Source: Puccinia triticina
Taxonomy: Eukaryota
Direction: 5' to 3'
Assembly (NCBI GenBank): GCA_026914245.1
Contig: CP110439.1
Location: 1,860,001 to 1,924,000, forward strand
DNA: 64,000 bases
The notes below the pieces were generated by a model. The model did no database searches and was not told the DNA's origin. It saw only the letters and a list, made by a program, of their open reading frames with translations. Position numbers and translations under genes: made by a program. This document shows, one piece after another, positions 1-13,029 of the stretch. The first letter of the stretch is position 1, and each line of letters begins with the position of its first letter.

Positions 1-2435
1 GCTTGGAAGTTGGATTGTACCTGTGGTACTCCTGAAAATAATGGTGGGTGCTTTGGGTGCTGGAAATTGGATTGACACTGTGAATATTCTAATGATAAAG
101 GAGGGTACATTTGGCATCACTTGCTTCTGGTAGTGCTTCAATCAAGGCCATGGTGGTTCTGATGATAAGGGAGGGTGCTGCTGGCAATGGCAAAGGGCTG
201 ATTGAAGTTCTCCAGGTCCTGGAACCTTGGTGGAGACATGCCAATGGCAGGACAATTGAACATTATTTTTTGCAAATCTCTTTACTGGGTAGACTTGGGG
301 AATACATATATTTTTACTTGGCAGTAGTTTTTAACTCTTTTCTTGGCTCTGTCTTTAGCAATGAACCCAACATGTATTCCCAAATTTCAATCCAAGAAGA
401 CTCTCTTTGAGCTTTGATTTAGAGATAGAGAGCAGCCCAAGGAGACTTAAGACAGCCAAAAAAGGGAAAGGTGGAGGGGACAATGGCAAATTTCTGTTGA
501 TTGATTTCTCTATTTGCGTTTCACACAACGTAAATTAGAATGCGGGGGCTTTAATGGCTTTCTTACCAGTTTGTACTTGTAATGGAGCTGTGAAAGGAAG
601 GCCCCTCCAGTGATCTGTCACCCTCATTTATGCGCGTACACAAAGGTGACATTGGCAAAGTGGAAAACAGCTCACATGCATGTGCATGGAGACATTGGAA
701 AACAAACAAACACAAAAACAACTCACAAGCTTATATGTGTTAAGAAGCTAGGATGTCTAGCTGAAATTTGGTACCACACACCTCTGAGCTTGACTTGAAT
801 CAATATTCCCTGTCACTTGGCTAAGTATATATTTGAGCATAAGGATAGGTAAATTATTGGCAAAAATTGTGTGCATTGAAGCTCAATTCCACAAATGTGA
901 TCATGACAAACCCAACACAAAGCATCAGTGGAGAGTGTTCATGTGTTGGAATTGAGTGAAATATTATTCCAAAAGAACTTGAACTAAAGTTTCACCGGAG
1001 TTGGGAATAAAGTGAACAAAGAGTTAAAGTTAACATTGAACTCACATCAGACCTAATTCAATATAAAATGACGGCTTGGCACTCTCTAGAGAGTGCAAAA
1101 CATCCCCCCCTGGTGAGACAGGCATTTCACATCATTCTAACAGGGGTGTACATGTTGTTGATCTGCGGGAGGCCCAACCTTTGATTTGTAAAAACGTTGT
1201 ACGCGCTGAGGGCTACATTATCAAAGTGAAAACAATGAACACCTTCATGTGCATGCAAATAATATGAAGTTCCCCAAGAATTCATCTCAATTACCAAACA
1301 GTTAAAATTGAATTATGATTTGATTTTGGCCATTGTGTCTTGGTGGTTTCAACTGCGTTCCAGTTGACTTCTGCATGACTTCTGGATGATTTATGCATGA
1401 ATCCAGGATCATTTTCAGATCATTTGTGGATTAGTTCCAGAATTTTTCATTAATTCTTACACTACTTTCATCAAAGGCATCCAGTACAGTTACAGAAAAA
1501 GGGTATGGCACTCTCTGGAGAGTGCATCAAAATCTTGCCTGGTGATAAGAATAAAATAAAAAGAGATGAACACCTAGGAGTGTCCCAAAGCACACTCTGC
1601 TCTTGAGGCATCCATGATGTGATGGTGCATTGAATATTCACTGTTTGGAGGCACATTTTCCCCAGACAAAGAACTATTCTTGGAACATCTCAAGGCACTT
1701 CAACTGCTACAAGATATCCTGTGTGGGATCTGTTGTGATTAATCTAGCTCAACAGATGGTTAGTGATGAGTAAAGGTGTGGAAGGATTCATTTCAAAAAA
1801 AGAGAAAGAAAAGCAAAGCAAAAGTAAAAGCAGAGAAAAAACCACTGACCCAGCTCAACGGATGGTGAGTGATGAGTACAAGTGTGGAAGGGTGAGGAAA
1901 AGAACTTCCAAACCCACCTATTGAACTAGGGCACTACCTAAAACACTGTCACAGACATTTGAAATACAAGTGAAATGGTTGGAAGCAGAAAAAACAGTGA
2001 CAAGACATCTCAACAGGATATATAGGATACTAGTGTGTATCCCAAAGCATCCCTTCCTAGGAGTGTGGCAAAGCACACTCTGTTGGAATGCTTTATTTGG
2101 TTTCCATTGGAAACTCCAGTCAGCATACATTGGAGTTTCCAATGTATGCTGATTTTATTGGACTTTCAAGTTGTCCATTGGACACTCTAAATCAGGATTG
2201 TCCAGACTCCAGTGGATGACCTTTTTTTGATTTCCAGCAGATGGTTTTGAGGGCCAAGCATCACCTGGATGCTTCCAGAAGCATTAAAGTGATGCTAAGT
2301 GCACTTTACGCCTGCTGGATTCTCCCCAGGCATCCTCTGGAAGCTACTCAATCAGAAATTTCTGTGGAGCACAGTTTCAGAAATGCACCCCATGGTATAA
2401 CAGTAACCTTTGAATGAATGAGTTTTGTCCCTTTT

Positions 2436-3025
2436 TTCCTTTGGCTATTGGCCAAAGAAAATAATGCATTTTTCTTTGGCCAAAAGCCAAAGGACAGCGG
2501 AGCTGGCCGGGCCAGCTCCACTGGAGGGGGCGCTGGCTGGCACTGGAACATACCAATACAATGTACATACCAATAAGTATCCAATACATACCAATACATA
2601 CCAATATGTATCCAATACATACCAATACGTTGAATTTGGTACGTATCCAATACGTACCAATACATACCAATACATACCGGTACATATCCAATACATACCA
2701 ATACGTATCCAATACAGTGTACTATACACATTGCCAAGTTTTTTTTAAAAAAACTGCCCTAACCCCTAAAACCCAACCTCCAAAAAACCCGCCCCCTAAC
2801 CCCCAAATGGGGCATGGGGACAGTGGGAATTGAACCTGCAACCTTGCTGTAAGGAGGTTTGCAGCTGCGCTGCAAACCACTAGGCTAACAACCATTGTTT
2901 GCGCTGCCCAGGCTTTGTGGCTAGGTTCCTATGAGCTCAGCTCCGCCAGCCCGGCCAGCTCCAGCGCTCCTTTGGCTTTTAGCCGAAGAAAAATGCACAT
3001 TTTTCTTTGGCTAAGAGCCAAAGAA
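2436..3025. mobile_element. Non-autonomous inverted-repeat element (MITE-like) with internal ATACCAATAC array and tRNA-like cassette
   Basis: Left end TTTGGCTATTGGCCAAAGAAAATAATGCATTTTTCTTTGGCCAAAAGCCAAAGGA...GAGCTGGCCGGG is mirrored at ~2950-3025. Boundaries are approximate and no TSD was identified. Confidence 0.6.
2548..2716. repeat. Degenerate ~11-bp tandem array (ACATACCAATA / ACGTATCCAAT)
   Basis: Directly visible repeats; they explain the low-complexity ORFs in all frames here. Confidence 0.85.
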
Positions 3026-3949
3026 TTATAGTGCCACAGGCGGAATGAACTTGACCCCTCAACTTTAGAGCATTTACATTTGTTGGGTTAAATTGCTGAT
3101 TTCTGGCAACTTAACCCAAATGGCAATCACATTGGTCAGGGCTAAATCCCGGGTCAACAATCCCTAGGCTTGATTTCAGTTTAACTTTTGGGCTTGCCAT
3201 ATTTAGCAAGCCTAAACCCAAAATTTAGCCTCAGGCTACCACATTTCTCACTTCAGCTGGCCTGAAGCTGACCCAACAAATGTGTCTGCCCAATCAAAAT
3301 CACCTTTTTCAGATAACCTTCCCACAAACCCAGACTTACTTGACCCGGGAACTTGGCAAACAAATGTGAATGCTGGGTTTGTGACGGCAGTGGTATACTT
3401 TACAACATCAATTGGCATTCAAGACCTGCAAACTCTCCAGCTGGAAGTCTGATTTTAGAAGGATTTTTTTTTGTTTTCCAGCCCTTGCAGAACCAACAGG
3501 AAGTCCTTAATGTTGAATCAAATTTAGTTTGGGGATCAGATTTCCAATGTTGAATAATTTTGGTGATGTACAATTTCAACTTTGTAGTAGGAAAATATGT
3601 CAATAATGGAATCCATTTGGCTATGGAGCATTATGAGACCCAGCTATGGATTTCACTGGGTAGATATTTGTGGGTGGTTTAGGTGTTGTTTTTGTTGGGT
3701 TCAACTCAACATGGTTCCAGAGAGGAATGTCTGGATTCTGTGAGTCTGTTTGCAATGTGCATGCACTCCTGGAGCCAGTCGATGGATGACGTAATCACTC
3801 ACCACCACTGCCAGGCCTCTGAGCCCCTCAACCTGAATCCACTTGAACATCTTTGCCCTTTCTGAATCAGAATTTACCCAGCTTCCAGCGCATTACTTGC
3901 TTCAAATCGCGTCGGCTCGATATCTTGATTGATTTACTTCCTAGCGACG

Positions 3950-6900
3950 ATGGCTGAATTGCTTCAAAACACCAACGGACAGCGTCATCATACCGAACAG
4001 GTTCAAGTGATTGGAGAAGAACAGAGGTTCACGTGAGTTGATTCCCCATGCTTTTTAGCTTTCAAATGACTAACCTCGGATGCTAAAAACCTCAATCTTA
4101 TGATGGATTGGATGTACACTTTCTTCGATAGGGATGTGCTGCCGAAATCGATCGAAAGTTGGGGGTTGTTGGAAAAAGGTTTCAATTATGACGTCGTTGC
4201 GGTATTTGGCTCGCAATCTACCGGAAAGAGCAAGTTCAAAACACCAATTACCTTTTTTTCCATGTGCCTCTTGCTCCGTATTTTGAGCCACTTTGCCAAT
4301 CGAGTTGAATTATTGAAGGACATTAGCTCAAAACAGACCATCAAGAAGTATCATGTCGTCTGCCGTTACTTCCACGCGGACCCACTAGGCTTTTGGAAAG
4401 ATTACTTATATCAACAAGAAACTACTGGGTACCAAAACTTAGGAAAATTTGCGAACTAATGAAATTTTCTCGTACATGATTTTTCAGGTACACTATTGAA
4501 CAGAGTGTTTGGTACCACGTTCGATGTTATGAATGAAGCCGAAAGGCGTCAAACAACCAAAGGTATTTCGAACCCTTCCATTTTATCGTCACCGTCAATA
4601 CATCGAGAATCCCAAACATTCATATATTTCACGTTTGCACTCACTTAAAGGGATTTGGATGTGTAAGGGAAAAGACATGGATGTATTGGTCATGGATGTT
4701 GAAGGCGCCGACGGTCGCGAACGAGGAGAAGATCAAGTCAGTAGTTATTCAACCTGAAGCATCCATGTATCTGGTGTGTTATTTGCACGAGCAGACTAAT
4801 AATGCATGGATCTGCGCCAACATGACAAACTAGGACTTTGAACGCAAGGCCGCACTTTTCTCGATGGCTTCATCCGAGGTAATCATTGTCAACATGTGGG
4901 AACATCAAGTTGGGCTCTATCAAGGAGCGAACATGGGACTATTGAGGACCGTATTTGAGGTCGATCTAGCTCTCTTTCAAGCAAATAAAGCCAAGCAAAG
5001 GTCCTCAACGTGAGTGAACATACAGGATGAAGTTGAAATTCAGTCCAGGAGGCGCTTTCTCTCACTTCAATTTCATCAAATCTTTCCAGAAAATTGAGTG
5101 GATCGTCCAATTGTTTGAAATAGGGCTGGATACGATAAAACGCATCTACTTTTTGTTATCCGGGATCACGTTGGATCAACTCCGCTTTCGAATCTTGAGA
5201 ACACAATTACCACCGATTTGAACCGGATTTGGGATACCTTGGTCAAGGTAAATGTTTGATTGAAGCATTACTGAGCCCAGCCGATGGCCCACGTTTGACC
5301 CAATATTCAAGGCTGATTCACGCTCATTTCATTATTATCGGGCTTCCGATTGATCTCCGTCTGTTATTCACAATGTCTCAAGCCTGAAGGAACAGAATCA
5401 TCAAAAATCACCGATTATTTCGATTTGACCTTCACGGCCCTATCGCACAAGGTTTTACAACCCGAAAATTTCGATCGAGAAGTGGAGAGTTTTAGGAAGA
5501 GGTTTGTCGACAAGACTCATCCAGACTATGTTTTTAAACCGATTTATCATAAACGAATCCCAGCCGATGGACTAGCTCAGTACATGAGCGGCATTTGGGT
5601 GAGGCTCGTATTCTACTCCTCATTTGTCACAGTAACTATCGGCTACATTCCGTTTTAAATCTTCCCTCTTTACCATTTGTCTCATCTAGGATGCGGTGGT
5701 TTCGAATAAGGACTTGGACTTACCCACTCAGCAAGAACTTTTAGCTCAATTCAGATGTGATGAGATTGCAGCTACCTCGTTTGAACAATTCACAACTCTT
5801 ATACAGCCATTAAAGATCAAAATGGAGTCTGGTAAACTAGTAGAAGAGCTTGGAACCAAGATGCTGGAGGCACGAAAAACTTGCTTGGGTTGGTTGGTTT
5901 CTTTAAATGCTCTCAGCTTTACAACATCCCTAGGACACGTAAAATGGACAACTTGCTGATGACACACCGCTTGACGCATGACACTACAGCTTCATTTGAT
6001 TTGGCTGCTTCCAGGTACCACACCGGAGTATATCAACGCAAACGGACAGAGTTTATGGCCAAGATGAACTCCAACCTCTCACCATTGTTCTTGGCTCAGT
6101 TGAAAATCTTGTCGAAATCAATTATTAAGAAGTTTCAAGCCGAGTTAATACACGAATTGAAAACGGGATCGGGAGTGAGGGACTTCAAGGAGGTTGTTGG
6201 CAGTCAAATGCAAGCTGCGCAAAAGGAGTTCGAGGATGGCGTTAAATGTATGTTATCTTGCCATTTGATTGTCAAAACAAAACAATGCCGTGAAGTTGAC
6301 CTTCATAAATACGGCTGCTTTGATCAGTGGTGCTACTTGATGACACTGACTGGACGTATACCGAAGAGCTCACTCAACTTGTAGAAGATTTGACAAACAT
6401 CTCCAATCAGTGTAAAGTCGACGAGATGAAAAAGTTGCTAGCGTCAATCGAGAAGGAGATGAAGCGTGAAACTAACGAAGTGGTTGAGCTAGCAATGACA
6501 CAGCAAAAGATTGAAATGTGGGATGCCGTGCTCAATGGATTCCAAGGAGCGTTGGATAGGGCAAAAACTAAGTATCATGCTAAATCGGCTAGTAAGTTGA
6601 ATCACCCGACCCGTGTTTCCTTGTGGATGTCTTTATGTTTCTCGAGCTTTTAATCTATAATGCTAAGTCAGTTCTTCAACGTAGGTTTCAGTTGCACCGA
6701 GGAAGATGATCAGAAGACCAAGGAGATTATTTCAAGAAAAGGATGGATTTCCCTACGGAATAAAATTGACGAACAAACGGTGGAATCGACTCTGTTGGTC
6801 AAGTTAAAATTGGCGTTTGAAGAAAGATTTAGATACGACTCTGCTGGAGTACCCAGAGTTTGGAAACCGGAGGATGACATCGATGGAGCATTCCGGACTG

Positions 6901-7817
6901 CTCGAGAGACGGTTAGTACTCCTCTGCTTATCTTCCTCCTTCGAGTCCGTGTTGAGCTGATCGTGATGGATTGTTTAACCCCTTTAGACGCTCGCTCTGA
7001 TTCCTATTTATGCTGCCATCCAACCCACCGAGAAATCACTCGAATTATGCATCCCGACTAATTCTTCGCTTGAATTGGACGATCCCGACCTGGCTGAATA
7101 TGACTTTGATGGGTCCCGGCTGATACTGTCCGGAATCAAACAAACAGAGCTGTCGAACAGGTTGAAGAAAGAATCGGACGCTTACTATCTTGAAGCGAAG
7201 CGAAGCCTGGTCAGCAGCATCAGCCAAATCCCATACTGGATGTATGCAGTGATCGCAATATTGGGCTGGAATGAATTCCTAGCAGTCTTGAAAAGTCCGG
7301 TTTATTTTGCGACAATCCTTATTTTGGCATTTGGCGTATGGGTGACGTTCAAGTTGAATATGGTGGGCAAATTCAATGCGGCACATTTCATGGAGATTCG
7401 CATTCAGAGATGCTAATTTTGGTGATCTTTGGAACTATCATTCTATTTGCCTATTACTACTCTGAAATCAGCAAGGGCCAATCGTAGCAATAGGCACTGG
7501 ACTGTATCACGAAACATCAAAAGTAGCCCAAGAAAAACTTAAAGAATACCTTTCAGTGAGTGTTTCGCTCCTTTTCTCATGGAAACCTTTCTACTCTCAG
7601 CCAATGGTTTCCGAGGAGTCCTCGTCGCAAAGCTGATTACAAGAAAAACGTATCTACATAGGAAGGATCATCCGGACAAAACCGAAGCAGTTTTACTACA
7701 TCAACGACAGATACCGACGAGGGGTACCGTCTGAAGAAAAGAAGCAGTCAAGCAAGGATGTCCGCATCTTCTCCTTCGAACGGTGCGGGGGAAGAAATTC
7801 CACTCCAAGAATTTTAA
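3950..7817 (+). CDS. SEY1: Sey1/RHD3 atlastin-like ER membrane fusion GTPase (multi-exon)
   Basis: ATG at 3950. Spliced motifs [104 protein letters not shown] and TM hairpin [20 protein letters not shown] at 7815-7817. Confidence 0.95.
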
Positions 7818-8749
7818 CTAATTTCGACAATTTCTTGTAATCTAAGTGTTCCAAAGAAAGCAAAAAAATACAATTATAAGTTATTTATCTTTTACGATAG
7901 AATAGTGGTAATTTCCATGCATTTCTCCTATGTCGCAGGCCCTAAGACTATAAGCTGTTTAAAAACAAGCAAAAAAATTCTCCAGTCTACCAGATCTGTG
8001 CTCTGTTTTCCTTATGAATCTTGGGAACGTCCATCATGTTTTCTGTCTTTTGAACAATCTTTGCTTCCCGTGTGTAATGATTTGACGGATCATGTGTGCA
8101 GGCAATTGATAATTATGTACGTGATATTTCTATCAATACGGCAGTGACCAACAAGCTGCAAGTCTCCAGATGAAAGCTAGCAAATTGCAGGCAGTGATTC
8201 AGTGCGATTTGGTGGTTGACAGTCCAAAACTTCAGCCCAAGATAAGACCACCAAGAAAGCCATGGAGGTTGTAGTGTACATGCAACCAGTGATACAAAAA
8301 AAGCATGTTTTCTCGCGTTGGGGCGCGATGACGTCAAAGGGTCGCCAGTGGCTGTGTTCATCAGACCCCTCCCCTCCCCGGGGGACCCGGGGGACACTGC
8401 CTGAGTTAAAACCATCGAAACATTTCTTTATGTTGTGTCCTCCTCCCACCACAAAAAACTCAAAATACTCACCAGAGATCAATCAACCAGCACTTCATCT
8501 CGGATCAATTGCGTCCTCTTCTACTGGCTGTGGTTGTGGTATGTATCTACAATCTCGTTGTTCAGAACCCTCTTGACTGATCCGCACGTTGAGTTGTCCT
8601 TTTTTCTCCACAGGTACATAAACATTCAATAGATTCGTGAGCTCCACACTGTTTTCTGTTATATCCGCAATAGACTGTTTTCTGCTATATTTCTTTTCGT
8701 CGAGATCTAGTGTACTCATCCCTATCCCTTTTTTTCGCCGCAGCGTAAG

Positions 8750-10447
8750 ATGGATGGTGCGCTCGCTGCACAGATTCAAGCTGGAAGGAGACTCAAGAAA
8801 GCCCAAACAAATGATCGCAGTGCTCCCATTGTGGCCGGCTCGCCTGCTGGTGCTGGTGCTGGTGGTGCTCGCCCAGGTGGCGGGTTGGCCAGTGCCCCCA
8901 GACCTCCCGGCATGAAATCCACGACTGGCGCTCCAAAGCCTCCTCAGCACGCAAAGACCGATTCTCAAAGTTCTGCGGCGGCTGGGATGACCAACGGGCC
9001 TCCTCAACTTGGTGGCCTTTTTGCCGGCGGAATGCCGACATTGAGGAAGACCAGCGGGCCTGCATCGACTCCTTCTTTCAAAGCTGCACCTCCGGTTCCC
9101 AAACCAGCCACGGCTGGCCCTCCATCCCGAGCACCGCCCCCTGCCCCGTCAATGATTGGCTCGAATCAACCATCTTCTCGACCCCCTCCACCTGTTCCTC
9201 CTCAGCTCCCCAACCCCACACGGCCACCTCCGCCTCCACCGGCTCCAGCTCCCTCCACTTCCTCTCGCCCACCTCCGCCACCGCCTGTCCCACCTCAATC
9301 ATCTACATCAACTCGCACAATACCATCCCAGCCTACGCCGAACGCTCCTTTCACGCCGAATATAATCCCTAGTCAAAACAATCTCCGCCCAACAAAGTCG
9401 CTTGCAGCTATGGTCGCACAAGACGCTCGACAACCTCCACCGCCCCCCGCTCGCACCCAAACGCAAACCTCGCCTGTCAATTCCCTTGTGAGGACGTCGT
9501 CGATTGGCCACCCACCCCGCAACCCTCCGCCTCGTCCTGCAGCAACATTCACACCTCCTCCTCCTCCCCCCAGACCCCACACTGTCAATTCAGTCCAACC
9601 ACCACCCCTCCCTTCTCGACCAGGCGCCAGGGCTGCACCACCCCCACCGCCTCCTCGGACTAGCACCAATTCCCCGAGTCTGAGTGGATCACTCAGTAGA
9701 AAAGCACCACCTCCACCACCTCGTCCATCCGGATTATCAGCTTCTACTAATTCATTCACCTCGGATCTTCCTAGTATCGTAAGGCCGGCGTCCACACCTC
9801 CTCGTCGTCCTGGTCCACCCCCTCCCCCTCCACCGCCACCTGTACAACCTGCAAATAAATTCAATGAAAGTCAACCATCCCCACCTGCACGTCTGCATCC
9901 TCCCCCTGCACGACCCCCACCTGGACTTTTTGCCCCCTCATCGACAGCACGGCCGAAGTCTTTCGCAGCCCCCGCACACTTACCACCTCCTCCGCCCGCC
10001 AGCTCACATCACGCCTCGCGCTCTAGTACCCTCCTAGACAGCCGTCCTCGTGGCTTGAGTACCCCTCCTGCACCCGATAACTTGGGCGTCGCTACCCCTC
10101 GAGCTAACGGTACCGCCAGACTACGCCCTCAGAGTATGGTCGTCTCTGGCACCTTAGCCCCAGCTAGTAATCGACGTAAGCCCTCTTGTTGCATCATGCT
10201 AAGCGCTCATCTATCGACCCCGCTCTCTAATCCTACCTTTCCTGTTTCCTTCCTGTGTATTTCGGACGATTCATCTCATCCTGTAGCTCCCAGTCCACCC
10301 CCGGCGTTCTCGCTCAATCCTCCGAGAAACTTCCCTCAGTCCGCTTCTTTCCCTGCCCCTCGAACTTTCCAACCGGGCATAACCCATCAGTACCCCAGCA
10401 CTAAAAAGCGTGGCTGCGAATGGGACTATCGAGCTGTCTTGGCATGA
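8750..10447 (+). CDS. VRP1: Verprolin/WIP-family actin-binding protein (WH2 motifs, proline-rich)
   Basis: WH2 ALAAQIQAGRRLKKAQTNDRSAP, second motif PQLGGLFAGGMPTLRKT, long polyproline region and C-terminal FPAPRTF...YPS. Probable intron 10176-10286. Confidence 0.85.
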   Translation: MDGALAAQIQAGRRLKKAQTNDRSAPIVAGSPAGAGAGGARPGGGLASAPRPPGMKSTTGAPKPPQHAKTDSQSSAAAGMTNGPPQLGGLFAGGMPTLRKTSGPASTPSFKAAPPVPKPATAGPPSRAPPPAPSMIGSNQPSSRPPPPVPPQLPNPTRPPPPPPAPAPSTSSRPPPPPPVPPQSSTSTRTIPSQPTPNAPFTPNIIPSQNNLRPTKSLAAMVAQDARQPPPPPARTQTQTSPVNSLVRTSSIGHPPRNPPPRPAATFTPPPPPPRPHTVNSVQPPPLPSRPGARAAPPPPPPRTSTNSPSLSGSLSRKAPPPPPRPSGLSASTNSFTSDLPSIVRPASTPPRRPGPPPPPPPPPVQPANKFNESQPSPPARLHPPPARPPPGLFAPSSTARPKSFAAPAHLPPPPPASSHHASRSSTLLDSRPRGLSTPPAPDNLGVATPRANGTARLRPQSMVVSGTLAPASNRRKPSCCIMLSAHLSTPLSNPTFPVSFLCISDDSSHPVAPSPPPAFSLNPPRNFPQSASFPAPRTFQPGITHQYPSTKKRGCEWDYRAVLA

Positions 10448-10728
10448 TTTGCTACTTCTCCAAAAATAGAAAACCATTATCATCTTACATCTAAAATTGC
10501 AATCAATCGGTATGTTTCAAATTGCAACATGTATCTTTGGGGGGCTTGTTTTAGCCTGGTCCAGGCGTGGTGCTACGATCAAAATTGTCATTTGGTGTCT
10601 CCAACTTGTTTGCTTGTAAAATGCATTTTTTCCCCCTTCCTGATTGTAAAGCATCCAAGATAATCAATACTTGATTTCTTCTGCAACTTTGTTTTTGAAA
10701 CCAATATCGCTGAGACCATTAATTAGCA

Positions 10729-11070
10729 TCAACGCTCGCTGACCATCGTTAAGTTGAACAAGATGACAAGGTAAGGGTTGTCATTGTGCTCGATTTCGGC
10801 GTGAAGTGCTGTCCATCCGTCATTTTTCTTCCACTCGATGCAGCCTTCGTGATTTATGACTTGGATGCCGCAAAAAGTAATATTCTTCACGTCCAGATAG
10901 GCGGCACAGCTAAAGTCTCTTTGCAAATGGTCCATGAAATGTTTGGCGGCAGGTGTGTATCTAATCTGAATAAAATGATTGAATAATATCATGCCTTCAT
11001 CTAAGAGCTTGGATTTAGCCTCATCCGGACCAAGGTTGAGTTTCTTCCCAGTTAAAAAGGGTCGATTACT
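10729..11070 (-). pseudogene. Gene fragment with a GMILFNHFIQIRYTP motif, unknown product
   Basis: Protein-like minus-strand frame KLLDEGMILFNHFIQIRYTP...; no clear start or upstream exons found. Confidence 0.3.
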
Positions 11071-11631
11071 TATACCTTGGGTGATTCTGTCAGCTGTGTA
11101 TGTACATCAAAAAAACGCCATTTGTTCTTTAGCATCGAGCCTCAGGAAACTGGTGCACTTCAAATTGTAATTTGCATGTTGGCCCACATCCACTCTGCGG
11201 AACCCATTAGGGCCTTCACTTTTACATTTCCTTGTTTTCGCTAGAAGAGGCACTTGGGCCGCAGATTTGGGACCCTGAATGCAAACGGCAACTGCAGCAC
11301 AGTTGATTCATTGCAAGGATCGTGGCAGATTTAAACAATCTGATTTTTAGGCGTTCGAATAGGGAGATATAAATCGATCTAGGGTGATTGATCTGATGAT
11401 GAGCCAAATCTTAAAACAAACAAGCCAGGCCCTTTTCACGTCGAAAGATATCAAAATTATATGGGTAGACATATATAACTCAGTGAACAAAAGAAAAAGG
11501 TCGATTTAATGCCCGGATCACGTAAGGTTTTTTCGGGTAACGAGTGATGACTAGCTCATTCGATATACGGCTGAGATCTCACCACGACATGGTGTACAGT
11601 TCCAAGTGCAAAACGACGGGCCCCACCTCTT

Positions 11632-13029
11632 TTAATATTCGACCGCGTCTTCGTCTCTACCATTATCCATCACAACATCTGGAGTATCTTGGCGAATCTC
11701 CGAGGGTTGCCTTCGATCCACCTCAGCAGTTTCGTTAGCTGTCGCCGTCACGGTTGCGCTTGTGCTGGCTGGGTCTGGGTTCGGCTCAGTGCCTGCATTT
11801 GCTCGTGCCCGGGCCTTTTCCGTTTGGATTTCAGCTAGCCGAGAGTCTCGATGTGCCTGCAGCTTTTCCAGTTCCTCCTGCGAAGTCGCGGGTATAAAAC
11901 AGGTGTAAGAAATGGGGCTAAATTTCAGTTGAAAAAGAGGAAGGATTTGCAAGGGAGTATTCATGTCTTACCTCCTTTGCTAGTCGCTCCTCCTCCCACT
12001 GATGTTGCTCCTCTTCAACTTCTTCTTGCGTTTCCATACGTTGTCTGGATGGGCAGTAAGCGGAAGTAAGTTCAGATGAGGTTTGAATTGTCAGCATCCC
12101 AGAAGCTTCGGCTCACTTTTCGATCAACTCCTTTTGTTCGGGCAGTAGCTTATGAGGGAGCCAGAAGATGGGTTGATCTGAGTGGCGCGGTCGCCCGTAT
12201 GTAGTCAAATGTGGTTCGTTTTGGTCAGCGTCTGTCTTTTTGGATGTAGAAGTACGTAAGTAATGGGAAAATGCCAGTTTATTGGCAAATTTGATAGTAT
12301 GCTGTCCAATTCAACAACCAAAGAGGGAAGAGACCATCTTGTTGTTAGTTGTTTTGGGGGTGACTTGGAAAAAGAAAATAGATAAAGATAAAGGCATTCA
12401 GGCTAACCAGTCCGGAGAGATAACCCAGCTCATCCGCCTTGCGTAAGACTTGCTGCTTCAAATTAATCTCTTCAACTTCACAAGCTCGCAATAGATGAAG
12501 GGCCTCTGCTTCAAGCTTTAGTTTGGCTTGGAGTCTACTTTCTACGGCCGCTCGCCGTTTCGCCTAATAAATCAACCCATGATTATTTTGTGTGGATGAG
12601 CACATAGAAGCCTATGGATGGCACGAGTTTCGGGAACAAGACTAACCGCATCGGTTTGCTTTGTTTTCGAAGTTTCGTCCTGGAATTTGCTCAGCGTGCC
12701 CTGAAGAACAACCAGGATTTCAGTGAATTTGTGAGCAGATTAATATATATGAATGTAATTATCTCAAAGGATATTACCATGAGTGCTCCAAACATCCTAA
12801 CGCTTCTTTTCTTATCAGCCTCAGTCAACTTGAGTTTCTTCCGGGGTTGCTGATCCGCCGACTCTGGCGGGCGACTCGAAGATTGTTCACCAGCCGGGGG
12901 ATCTTCCACCATTCGATCGGACGGATGGCCCGTCTGTTTGGAAGTAAACTCAGCTTCAGCGGCCCGGATTTCATCTTCTGGTCCCGCCGAGTCCTCGGCG
13001 GCTGGAGCAGGTGGCGTCTGGGAGAGCAT
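11632..13029 (-). CDS. Pinin/SDK/memA-domain protein (multi-exon)
   Basis: Exons encode KKRSVRMFGALM-GTLSKFQ, AKRRAAVESRLQAKL, QPIFWLPHKLLPEQKE and an acidic tail ending DEDAVEY*. GT-AG introns link them. Confidence 0.8.

Noticed and set aside
1..2340. Short ORFs at the window start
   Set aside because: CpG-depleted decayed repeat-like DNA with no recognisable domain.
2348..2833. Tyr/Ile/Trp-rich ORFs
   Set aside because: Translation artefacts of the ATACCAATAC array.
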